Positions 39,008-47,676 of a DNA stretch of 64,000 nt are shown piece by piece; the stretch's first letter is position 1; every line of letters starts with the position of its first letter. The position numbers were made by a program, and so were the translations under genes. The notes below the pieces were generated by a model that was not told where the DNA came from, did no database searches, and saw only the letters and a program-made list of their open reading frames with translations. The DNA comes from Saprospiraceae bacterium (GTDB lineage Bacteria > Bacteroidota > Bacteroidia > Chitinophagales > Saprospiraceae), in the NCBI GenBank assembly GCA_049290115.1, contig JBATMZ010000238.1, positions 7,347 through 71,346 on the forward strand. The letters are read 5' to 3'.

Positions 39008-39015
39008 CAAAGATA
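39008..39015 (-). promoter_or_regulatory. Bacteroidota -7 box TATCTTTG (ygiQ), only 4 nt from the ATG
   Basis: Plus strand reads caaagata. The minus strand reads TATCTTTGccctATG. Part of an 18-nt string identical to 49934-49951. Confidence 0.45.
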
Positions 39016-39051
39016 CGGCTTTTAAAATTAACCAAAGACCGAAACACAACA

Positions 39052-41895
39052 TCACCTATTTGGTTGCATATACCTCCCCGTAACAGAATCTTTTTCCTTA
39101 CTCAATCCATCCGGATGTCCTTCATATACCAAATTTCCACCCAACTTTCCACCTTCAGGGCCTAGTTCGACGACATAGTCCGAACAACGAATCACATCTA
39201 AATTGTGCTCAACAATGACCACAGTGTGTCCAGTCTCTACCAGCGTTTGGAAGGCCGTCATCAATACTTGAACATCGTGAAAATGTAAGCCGGTCGTAGG
39301 CTCATCGAAAATGAAAAAGATCTTTTTGCTGGTATATTCCTTAGTCATGAAGGATGCGAGCTTGAGCCTTTGGGCTTCACCGCCAGACAAAGTACTACTA
39401 GATTGTCCCAATTTTATATACCCCAAACCTACATTAAATAAAGGTTGCAAACGGTTAATGATATCTTTTTTATGGGCAAAAAATTCTAACCCTTCTTCTA
39501 TGGTCATGTCGAGCACATCGTAGATATTTTTACCATTGATTTCGACATCCAACACATCTCTTTTAAACCGTTTTCCATTACATTCATCACAAGTAAGGGT
39601 GACGTCGGCAAGAAATTGCATTTCCACATTGATCTCTCCATCACCTTTACAGGTTTCACATCTTCCTCCTTCGACGTTAAATGAAAAGTGTTTGGGCTCA
39701 AATCCTCTCATCTTGGAAAGCTGTTGGTCAGCGTATAATTTTCGAATACTATCATAGGCTTTCACATAGGTAACTGGATTTGATCTCGAAGATTTACCCA
39801 GTGGATTTTGTCCGACAAATTCAACCATCTGAATGCTTTTGACATCGCCAGTAAGCGCTTTATATTTCCCAGCCATTACGCCTAATGGTTCGTTCAAACA
39901 TATTTTTAATCCTGGGTACAATATCTTTTGGACTAAGGTTGTTTTTCCCGAACCTGACACACCACAAATTGAAGTCAATGCCTGTAGAGGAATCGAAACA
40001 TCGATATTTTTTAAATTGTGTTCTAACGCACCTTCGATTTTTATTTTTTGAAGCATTTTCCTTTTTTGTGGCAATGGATCAATGCGCCTAATTCCCTGTA
40101 AATAATCACTGGTCAATGTTTGAATGTCAGGAGAAAAGAGCTTTGAATAATCCCCTTCAAAAACAATTTGTCCACCATGTACCCCTGCCAATGGGCCTAC
40201 ATCAATTATATAATCGGCGTTGCGAATGATGGCTTCTTCATGTTCGATGACAATGACCGTATTGCCCAAATCCCTTAAATTTTTTAAAACAGCCACTAAT
40301 TTTTCCGTATCTCTAGGATGTAAACCTACACTTGGTTCGTCGAGAATATACATCGAATTGATCAAATTGGATCCTAGGGTTCGAGTAAGGTTAATTCTTT
40401 GGGTTTCGCCACCGCTTAAGCTGTTGGCATGTCGATCTAAAGTAAGGTAGCCTAAACCCATTTGTATCATCACGGAAAGTCTCAGCTTAACTTCGTGCAA
40501 TATCCTTTCAGCAATTTTGGCCTGATGATCTGGCAAGGTCAAATGGTCAAAAAAAGGTTTTAATTCATCTAATGGAATACGGGTAAGATTAGGCAAACTT
40601 TTTCCGGCAATGGTGACGTAGGATGCTTCTTTTCTCAACCTGCCTCCTTTACATTCATCACAAGAAGTTTTACCTCGGTATCTAGATAAAATGACTCTAT
40701 TTTGGATTTTGTAGGAAGCTTCCTCCAAGTCTTTAAAAAAGGAATAAATCCCATTAAAATATTGATTTCCATCCCAAATAATCTCTTGCTGCTCTTCTGT
40801 CAATTGATCATAAGCTTTGTGGATTGGAAAGTTAAAATTACTTGCTTGGGCAATCAATTGGTCATTAAACCAACTGCCTTTTTCTCCCCTCCATGGATAA
40901 ATAGCACCTTGATACACAGACAAACTTCCATCGGGAATAACTCGGGCACGGTCGATGCCAATCATCTTTCCATACCCTTCACACTTGGGACAAGCACCGT
41001 ATGGATTGTTGTAATTAAACAATTGATGGGTCGGTTCGAGAAAAGTGATCCCGTCCAATTCAAATCTATTATTATACATTACATATTCGCCCGTATCCAA
41101 AATATATAAGATACAATCTCCTTCGGATTCCACAAATGCCGTCAAAATGGAGTCGGCAATCCGCTTGATATTTTCTTCCTCTTGATTGACGACAAATCGG
41201 TCGATCAAAATATAAATCTCATGTCCTGCTTCTGTCGTATTTTTATCCAAATACGCTGGTTTTTCTTCAATAAAACGTTCAATTTCCCATATTTCCTTTT
41301 CAAAAAATATTCGGTTAAATCCCTTTTGCAAAAGCAAATCCAATTCGAAACCCACATTTCTATCATGCTTGAAAGCCAATGGAATCATAAGCTGGAACTT
41401 CTGGCCTTCCGGACAGGATGTGATGAAATCCACTACATCGCGCACTTCGTGTTTTCTGACTTCTTCTCCGCTAATGGGAGAATATGTTTTGCCTATTCTA
41501 GCATAAAGAAGCCTAAGGTAGTCATAAATTTCCGTCAACGAACCAACGGTAGATCGAGCATTTCCCGTACTTACTTTTTGTTCAATGGCAATGGCTGGAC
41601 AAATTCCTTTGATAAAGTCAACTTCAGGTTTTTTCATTCGATCCAAAAATTGTCGAGCGTAAGAAGATAGACTTTCGACATATCTTCTTTGGCCTTCCGA
41701 ATACAAGGTGTCAATCACCAAGGAAGATTTTCCCGAACCAGAAACACCAGTGACTACGACGAGTTTATTTTTTGGAATGATGATTTCAATATTTTGTAAA
41801 TTATTGGAACGGGCTCCCTTGATGTGGATGAAATTTTTGAAAGATATGGGACGTTCTTGTTCCAATGAAATATTTGACATAGGCTCAGTCATCAT
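39052..41895 (-). CDS. uvrA: excinuclease ABC subunit A, second divergent full-length paralog
   Basis: GVSGSGKSSLVIDTLYSEGQRRYVESLSSYARQF, GICPAIAIEQK, two LSGGE signatures, Zn modules CPKCEGYG / CDECKGGR / CETCKGDG...CDECNGKR. 947 aa. Confidence 0.93.
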   Translation of the reverse strand: MMTEPMSNISLEQERPISFKNFIHIKGARSNNLQNIEIIIPKNKLVVVTGVSGSGKSSLVIDTLYSEGQRRYVESLSSYARQFLDRMKKPEVDFIKGICPAIAIEQKVSTGNARSTVGSLTEIYDYLRLLYARIGKTYSPISGEEVRKHEVRDVVDFITSCPEGQKFQLMIPLAFKHDRNVGFELDLLLQKGFNRIFFEKEIWEIERFIEEKPAYLDKNTTEAGHEIYILIDRFVVNQEEENIKRIADSILTAFVESEGDCILYILDTGEYVMYNNRFELDGITFLEPTHQLFNYNNPYGACPKCEGYGKMIGIDRARVIPDGSLSVYQGAIYPWRGEKGSWFNDQLIAQASNFNFPIHKAYDQLTEEQQEIIWDGNQYFNGIYSFFKDLEEASYKIQNRVILSRYRGKTSCDECKGGRLRKEASYVTIAGKSLPNLTRIPLDELKPFFDHLTLPDHQAKIAERILHEVKLRLSVMIQMGLGYLTLDRHANSLSGGETQRINLTRTLGSNLINSMYILDEPSVGLHPRDTEKLVAVLKNLRDLGNTVIVIEHEEAIIRNADYIIDVGPLAGVHGGQIVFEGDYSKLFSPDIQTLTSDYLQGIRRIDPLPQKRKMLQKIKIEGALEHNLKNIDVSIPLQALTSICGVSGSGKTTLVQKILYPGLKICLNEPLGVMAGKYKALTGDVKSIQMVEFVGQNPLGKSSRSNPVTYVKAYDSIRKLYADQQLSKMRGFEPKHFSFNVEGGRCETCKGDGEINVEMQFLADVTLTCDECNGKRFKRDVLDVEINGKNIYDVLDMTIEEGLEFFAHKKDIINRLQPLFNVGLGYIKLGQSSSTLSGGEAQRLKLASFMTKEYTSKKIFFIFDEPTTGLHFHDVQVLMTAFQTLVETGHTVVIVEHNLDVIRCSDYVVELGPEGGKLGGNLVYEGHPDGLSKEKDSVTGRYMQPNR

Positions 41896-41954
41896 TTATT
41901 TTTACTCAGAATACCTGGGGGACTTATTGTAACACACGGCAAGGGTGGTATGTT

Positions 41955-43046
41955 TTATTTTTCTCTAAAAACTTGTTCGTACAAATACCGATGAAATGCA
42001 TGCACACCTTGCTCTCTTCTAACAGAATAACGTCCTCGATTATAGGCGAAGGATTGTAACCCCTTTTGTACATTTTCAACGACATTTTCGTCCTCCATTT
42101 CTGTTGCATCAAGTGCTGTATCTAAAAAAGATTGGTCGTCAATATCGTTTCGTTTATACGTCATAAAACGAACTTCTGTTTGATCCAAACCTATGGGAAT
42201 CACCCAATTTACGGAAAGTCCCCAATGATAAAAATTAAGCATGATGTTGGGATAAACAAACCAGTAATAAGCGTAAATATTTTGCCCAAAATCGGGGTCA
42301 CTTTCTTGTAAATTTATGCTTGGTTCTCCGGGTTTGCTGCGGGCTATTTGAACGACACAATGATCAAAGGTACGCACTTCGTAATCCTCGTATTGAATGG
42401 TTTTATTTAAGGTCGGATGCACGTATGGAATATGAAAACCCTCCAAATAATTGTCACAATAAGCCAGCCAATTTGCCTTAACTCTGTATGTTTTTGAAAG
42501 GGAAGAAATTAGAGAAAGTAAATCAAAAGGAAAACTTTTTAAATGATTTTCTATGGGTTTTAATATAGAGGTCAACTCTAGCTTTGGATTTAAGGCTACA
42601 AAATGTAAACCATTCCATGTTGAAAGAAAATAGTGAGTCAAATGGTCTTTTGTCGAAGGGAAATTGACGACCTCTTCAAATTCTGGCATCGACCTCAATT
42701 GTCCATTTAATGAAAAACATCGGCCGTGATAACCGCAAATTATCCTAGATTTTTGGCAACTTTCTTCTATGAGAATATTGCCTCTGTGCGTACAAACGTT
42801 ACTTACGCAAGACAAACTATTATCCTCACGAACGATTAATAGTGGTTCGTCAATATACCCAGGTAAAAAAGTGGTAGGCTTCAAATTATGGGCTGTGTTT
42901 AACCATTCTGCACCACCGAGCCATTGCCAGGAAGGAAGAAATAATAAAGAACGAAGTTTTTCCCATTCTTCTTTTTGTTGGTAGACACTAGATGGCAATG
43001 TTTGTGCTCGGCTGATGTCTGGATCAATAAAATAGTCGTCTACCAT
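41955..43046 (-). CDS. Rieske [2Fe-2S] non-heme-iron oxygenase, alpha-subunit-like
   Basis: Rieske motif CTHRGNIL-x-CGYHGRCF. Mononuclear-iron motif CDNYLEGFHIPYVH. 363 aa. Confidence 0.85.
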   Translation of the reverse strand: MVDDYFIDPDISRAQTLPSSVYQQKEEWEKLRSLLFLPSWQWLGGAEWLNTAHNLKPTTFLPGYIDEPLLIVREDNSLSCVSNVCTHRGNILIEESCQKSRIICGYHGRCFSLNGQLRSMPEFEEVVNFPSTKDHLTHYFLSTWNGLHFVALNPKLELTSILKPIENHLKSFPFDLLSLISSLSKTYRVKANWLAYCDNYLEGFHIPYVHPTLNKTIQYEDYEVRTFDHCVVQIARSKPGEPSINLQESDPDFGQNIYAYYWFVYPNIMLNFYHWGLSVNWVIPIGLDQTEVRFMTYKRNDIDDQSFLDTALDATEMEDENVVENVQKGLQSFAYNRGRYSVRREQGVHAFHRYLYEQVFREK

Positions 43047-43080
43047 CTTTATATTTTTTAAAAATTAAACCTTAAGAATA

Positions 43081-43088
43081 CAAAGATA
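43081..43088 (-). promoter_or_regulatory. Bacteroidota -7 box TATCTTTG (Rieske oxygenase)
   Basis: Plus strand reads caaagata. The box is 34 nt upstream of ATG 43046. Confidence 0.45.
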
Positions 43089-43117
43089 ATTCCGTTCGGT
43101 CATTTGCCAAATATCTT

Positions 43118-43125
43118 TACCTTTG
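43118..43125 (+). promoter_or_regulatory. Bacteroidota -7 box TACCTTTG (kmo)
   Basis: Exact match 27 nt upstream of ATG 43153. Confidence 0.45.
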
Positions 43126-43152
43126 CTTTTTAGATACTAAGTAAACGGAAAG

Positions 43153-44499
43153 ATGTCAAAAATCATTATTATAGGTTCGGGATTATGCGGCACCCTCATG
43201 GCTCTAAGGCTAGCGCAAAAAGGGTTTGAAGTAGACGTTTATGAAAAAAGGGGTGACATGAGAAATGTTACCATGGACAGTGGCCGATCTATCAACCTTG
43301 CCTTATCCAATCGAGGACTAAAAGGATTAGATATGGTTGGATTGAAAGAAAAAGCCTTGGAATTAGTCATACCTATGAAGGGAAGAATGATTCACAACAT
43401 ATCAGGCGAAACCCAGTTTTTTTCTTACAGTGGAAGGGAAAATGAAGTGATTAATTCTATTTCCCGAAAGGGTTTAAATATCCTTTTGATGGACGAAGCC
43501 GAAAAAACAGGAAGAATTCGATTTTTTTTCAAACACGAATGTGTCGATGTAGATTTTGACCAAGCAACAGCCACTGTTTTTGATGTAGTTGGTGGAAGAA
43601 GTTTTAACATTGAAGGTCTGGTAATACTAGGAACCGATGGTGCTTTTTCTGCCGTACGACAAGCGATGCTTCAACAAAGTGCCTCTTTACGATTTCAATA
43701 TAGCCAAAGTTTTCTCGATACTGGTTATAAAGAATTGACCATTCCAGCTTCAGTAAGTGGGGGTTTTAGATTAGAACAAAATGCACTTCATATATGGCCT
43801 CGTGAAGGGTTTATGTTGATCGCCCTACCAAATTTGGATGGCAGTTTTACCGTGACATTATTCCTTCCTTTTGAAGGTCAACATAGCTTTGAAACTTTAA
43901 AGACGGGCGAGGAGGCACACGCATTTTTTGAACAATATTTTAAGTCTGCCTTGGATCACATGCCGTTTTTTAAGGACGATTTTAATGAAAATCCAAATAG
44001 CTCTTTATGTACCGTCAAGTGTTTTCCTTGGCAAGTAAATGGTAAAATTGGCCTGATGGGCGATGCGGCACATGCGGTGGTTCCTTTTTATGGACAAGGT
44101 ATGAATGCCTCTTTTGAAGACTGTGTGGTCTTGGATCAATGTTTGGAACAATATCAAGGTCAATGGGATAAAATATTGCCCGCTTATGAAGCGCTAAGAA
44201 AAGAAAATGGAGATGCGATTGGGGACTTGGCGGTTGATAATTTTTATGAGATGAAAGCTGCTACGGCCGACCCAGTTTTTAACTTAAAACGGAAAATAGA
44301 ATTGGATCTCGAACAACATTTTCCCGATTATTTTAGTAAGTACAGCATGGTTACCTTTCGTGAAGATTTGCCTTATAAAACGGCGATGATTCAAGGAAGA
44401 AATCAGGACAAGATATTAATGGATGTAGCGAAAGATATGTACCCAGCTACTTCTTGGAACGTAGAAGAAGTGTATAAAAAAGTAAAAGATATTCACTAA
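43153..44499 (+). CDS. kmo: kynurenine 3-monooxygenase (FAD-dependent)
   Basis: FAD fingerprint IIIIGSGLCGTLMALRLAQKGFEVDVYEKR. GDAAHAVVPFYGQGMNASFEDC closely resembles the eukaryotic KMO GDAAH..VPF.GQGMN.GFED motif. Confidence 0.85.
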   Translation: MSKIIIIGSGLCGTLMALRLAQKGFEVDVYEKRGDMRNVTMDSGRSINLALSNRGLKGLDMVGLKEKALELVIPMKGRMIHNISGETQFFSYSGRENEVINSISRKGLNILLMDEAEKTGRIRFFFKHECVDVDFDQATATVFDVVGGRSFNIEGLVILGTDGAFSAVRQAMLQQSASLRFQYSQSFLDTGYKELTIPASVSGGFRLEQNALHIWPREGFMLIALPNLDGSFTVTLFLPFEGQHSFETLKTGEEAHAFFEQYFKSALDHMPFFKDDFNENPNSSLCTVKCFPWQVNGKIGLMGDAAHAVVPFYGQGMNASFEDCVVLDQCLEQYQGQWDKILPAYEALRKENGDAIGDLAVDNFYEMKAATADPVFNLKRKIELDLEQHFPDYFSKYSMVTFREDLPYKTAMIQGRNQDKILMDVAKDMYPATSWNVEEVYKKVKDIH

Positions 44500-44659
44500 A
44501 ACTAAGAACAATTTTTTAATGTATTAAAATATAACCAAGGGCTGCTTTAGCGTAAAAAGGTAACAAACTGCATGTTAAAATTGGTGGTTTCTCACGACCT
44601 TTTTTGTAAAGTATCTTACAAATCGCGTATCTTAGCGTTTTGGTTTCAAAACCGACAAA

Positions 44660-46357
44660 ATGAAAATGAGATTATTAGTATTTATATCGATGTATTGTTT
44701 GGCTGTTTCGGGTGTTTTAGCGCAAAAGCCATATGTGCAAGTGCAGGCTTCAGGAGGTTATTCCATCCCAATTTTAGATTTGAGCCAAGCCCATCATTTT
44801 TCTGAAAATGGTTGGAATGCTAATCTTGGTTTTGCCATGTTTTTTGGAAAAATTGGTATCATGGCCAATGGAGGTTATCAGCGATTTGGTTCCTCAAATT
44901 TGTTTGAAGACTTTATTACAGAAAAATATTTTGAAAATCCAAGAGGTATTTCAGGACAATATTGGGAAAATGGATACGCGATGATTGGCCCAGTTTTTAA
45001 ATGGACTTTTGGAAGGTTTGATCTAGATATTTTTGGTCAAATTGGCATGTCCAGCCTTACTGTTCCTACGCACCAATTTAATAGAATATTTTTAGGAAGA
45101 ACGTATGATGTTGCTTCGTATTATGGAAAAAATGACGAATTACTACCTATTTGGAAAGGAGGTTTTTCATTGCACACAAGATTAAGTAAAGGTTTGTTCA
45201 TATACTTTGAACCTTCGTTTTTGTCTAATATGTCTCTGAGTAAAACCAACACCAACTTTAGATATATTAATGCACTGGATGTGAATAACAATGGCTTTTT
45301 AGAAGATGGTGAATATGTTGAAGCAGATGTCATTCGTCAAAATAAGCAGATAGAATTTTCAAACTTAAATCTTAATGTTGGGGTGAGTTATCAAATAGGC
45401 AGACAAAAAAAATCGATAGATCCCACACCCATGATTTCTTTAGAAGAGGATTTGCAAGAACAAAATAGAGTAACCATTCCCGATGAAAAAGGGGAAAGAA
45501 CGTCTATTCAAGAAACTCATGAATGGCAAGATGGATCAATAACTCAAGAAGGAGCGAAAAATCAAGGCACTCAAACTCCACAAGAAGTAATAGCTTCTTC
45601 AGAAATGAAGTCTGAAAATAACGCAGAAGTTCAGGAGTCTTTAGTTGCGAAAAGTGATGTTGGAGAAATTAAAATTGACGAAGCGGAAGCCAAGTTTTTA
45701 TACAGGGCGGGAGAGATGTATTTTCAAACCAATGACTTTGAAAATGCAGTGGCTTGCTTTAATAAACTGAAGAACGACCCTAATCATTTGATGTCAAAAT
45801 ATATGTTTGCTTTAGCCATGTCAGAAATGATGAATTGTGATGAAGCGTTGAAAGAATATGAATTGTTCGAAAAGGTATACGACAAAGATGATATGGGTGT
45901 CTTAAAAACAGTATTTTTATCGCATCACGAAAAATGTAAAAAATCCGTTGTAGAAAACCAGAAAGCTTTAGAATTGGCCTTGGCAGCTGAAAAGGCTGAA
46001 AAAGAAAAAATGTCTATTGAGAATAAGGTTGGTTTAGACGTAAATACCCATGATCAACAACCTGCTAATCTTAAGGAAGTAAATAGTAAAAAATCTAGTA
46101 CAGGAAAGACGTACAAAATACAATTTGTGGCTCTAAAAATTTCCAATAAAACCTTTCCAAGACTAGAAAATATAGGTGACATCACCCACGAATATTTTCC
46201 TAGAAAATCAATGTACCGTTATACACTAGGACCTTACACTTCTGAGGACGAAGCAGTTTCAGATATGTTGAAAATTAGAGTAATGGGATTCCAGGATGCA
46301 TTTTTAGCGGAATATAAAAATGGAACTAGAACCAATACTTTATACCATGCCCAATAA
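44660..46357 (+). CDS. SPOR-domain protein with N-terminal beta-rich region and acidic/helical linker
   Basis: Signal peptide (LAVSGVLAQ). C-terminal YKIQFVALKISNKTF...YRYTLGPYTSEDEAVSDMLKIRVMGFQDAFLAEY fits the SPOR peptidoglycan-binding fold pattern. Confidence 0.6.
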   Translation: MKMRLLVFISMYCLAVSGVLAQKPYVQVQASGGYSIPILDLSQAHHFSENGWNANLGFAMFFGKIGIMANGGYQRFGSSNLFEDFITEKYFENPRGISGQYWENGYAMIGPVFKWTFGRFDLDIFGQIGMSSLTVPTHQFNRIFLGRTYDVASYYGKNDELLPIWKGGFSLHTRLSKGLFIYFEPSFLSNMSLSKTNTNFRYINALDVNNNGFLEDGEYVEADVIRQNKQIEFSNLNLNVGVSYQIGRQKKSIDPTPMISLEEDLQEQNRVTIPDEKGERTSIQETHEWQDGSITQEGAKNQGTQTPQEVIASSEMKSENNAEVQESLVAKSDVGEIKIDEAEAKFLYRAGEMYFQTNDFENAVACFNKLKNDPNHLMSKYMFALAMSEMMNCDEALKEYELFEKVYDKDDMGVLKTVFLSHHEKCKKSVVENQKALELALAAEKAEKEKMSIENKVGLDVNTHDQQPANLKEVNSKKSSTGKTYKIQFVALKISNKTFPRLENIGDITHEYFPRKSMYRYTLGPYTSEDEAVSDMLKIRVMGFQDAFLAEYKNGTRTNTLYHAQ

Positions 46358-47627
46358 TTTGGGAATTCGAACTTTACATATCGTATTTTTATCTCTTTTA
46401 CTTTTATCTTCTTGTCATACTACAAGGCAAAAGTCTTTAAAAACGCTAGAAAAATCGTTGGTTGATTTTCTTCATCATCCAACTTTATCTTCAGCGCATT
46501 GCGGTATCCTCGTTCGTGAAATAGGTCAATCACAAAACCTACTAGATTACCAAAGTAAAAAACTTTTTATTCCTGCGAGCAATGTAAAAATATTAACTTC
46601 CTACTGTGCTCTTCAACACTATTCAGATTCAACCTTTGCTGCAGATATTTATGTAGAAAACGAACGTACCATTTGTATAGATCCAGGTCTTGATCCAACC
46701 TTTTTGCATGGAGATTTTTCAAATCATACCTTGTTGGAAAAAATGAAATCATTTGATACAATCAAGATTTTAAAAAGCAAAGAATGGCCTATCTATCCTC
46801 CTGGTTGGTCGTGGGAAGATTATGATCGCTACTTTATGCCTCAGATATCCACCTTTCCAATGTATGGCAATGTGACGACCATTCTGAAAATGAACAATGA
46901 ATATATAGTCTCACCTCGATTTTTTGCGAATTGTATAGATACTACTTTTCATGTGTCGGCAAGACACTTTTCCAAAAATAAATTTTATCCGAATCAAATC
47001 AAGGAAGATTCAATCATTTCTATCCCGTTCATTTCTGACACTTTCACCATCATTTCATTGTTGAAAGATACATTAAAGGACAAACATATTACTTGGACAA
47101 AAAATTGTACTGGGTCACTTCTTCAAACACTTAAAGGTCAATCGATCGATTCCGTTTTGTCTCTGATGATGGCTCGGAGTGACAATTTTTATGCAGAACA
47201 ATTATTGTTGAGTATCATGAAATCAAAGGGCGCACTTGGAAGTAAATTTGACATCTTACTGCCCTCCACCACCGACGAACCATTGAAATGGATTGATGGC
47301 AGTGGTTTGAGTCGCTATAATTTGATGAGTCCAACTTTTTTGGTTTACATCCTTGAACAAATATTTCAAAACTATGAAGAGAAAAGAATATGGAATATTT
47401 TTCCTTCCGGACAAGACGATGCACTAAAGGATGCTTTTGAATTTTTTGGTGAAACCTTACAAGCAAAAACTGGTTCGATGGGCAATATTTTTTGCCTTAG
47501 TGGATACCTACAAGGTCGTCATGGTAAAAAATACGTATTTTCCATTGTGGTCAATGGTCATACGAGTAAAAAATCAATGGTAAAAAATGAAGTAGCAAAA
47601 CTGTTAAAGGCTATTCAAATGAATTGA
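46347..47627 (+). CDS. dacB: D-alanyl-D-alanine carboxypeptidase/endopeptidase (PBP4, S13 family)
   Basis: SxxK (PASNVKILT), SxN (RSDNFYAEQL) and KTG (AKTGSMGN) motifs in PBP4-like spacing. Lipobox LLLLSSC. Start set to ATG 46347, overlapping the upstream gene by 11 nt. Confidence 0.8.
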   Translation: MPNNLGIRTLHIVFLSLLLLSSCHTTRQKSLKTLEKSLVDFLHHPTLSSAHCGILVREIGQSQNLLDYQSKKLFIPASNVKILTSYCALQHYSDSTFAADIYVENERTICIDPGLDPTFLHGDFSNHTLLEKMKSFDTIKILKSKEWPIYPPGWSWEDYDRYFMPQISTFPMYGNVTTILKMNNEYIVSPRFFANCIDTTFHVSARHFSKNKFYPNQIKEDSIISIPFISDTFTIISLLKDTLKDKHITWTKNCTGSLLQTLKGQSIDSVLSLMMARSDNFYAEQLLLSIMKSKGALGSKFDILLPSTTDEPLKWIDGSGLSRYNLMSPTFLVYILEQIFQNYEEKRIWNIFPSGQDDALKDAFEFFGETLQAKTGSMGNIFCLSGYLQGRHGKKYVFSIVVNGHTSKKSMVKNEVAKLLKAIQMN

Positions 47628-47676
47628 ATGAACCTAATTTTTTAATGCAAATACAATTGATTGTTCTTTTATAAAA

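Noticed and set aside
12175-41895. The two uvrA copies considered as a recent duplication or the boundaries of an acquired island
   Set aside because: The proteins are strongly diverged throughout. The intervening 24 kb holds core genes (pepA, obg, adk, rpsT, recX) and no mobility genes.
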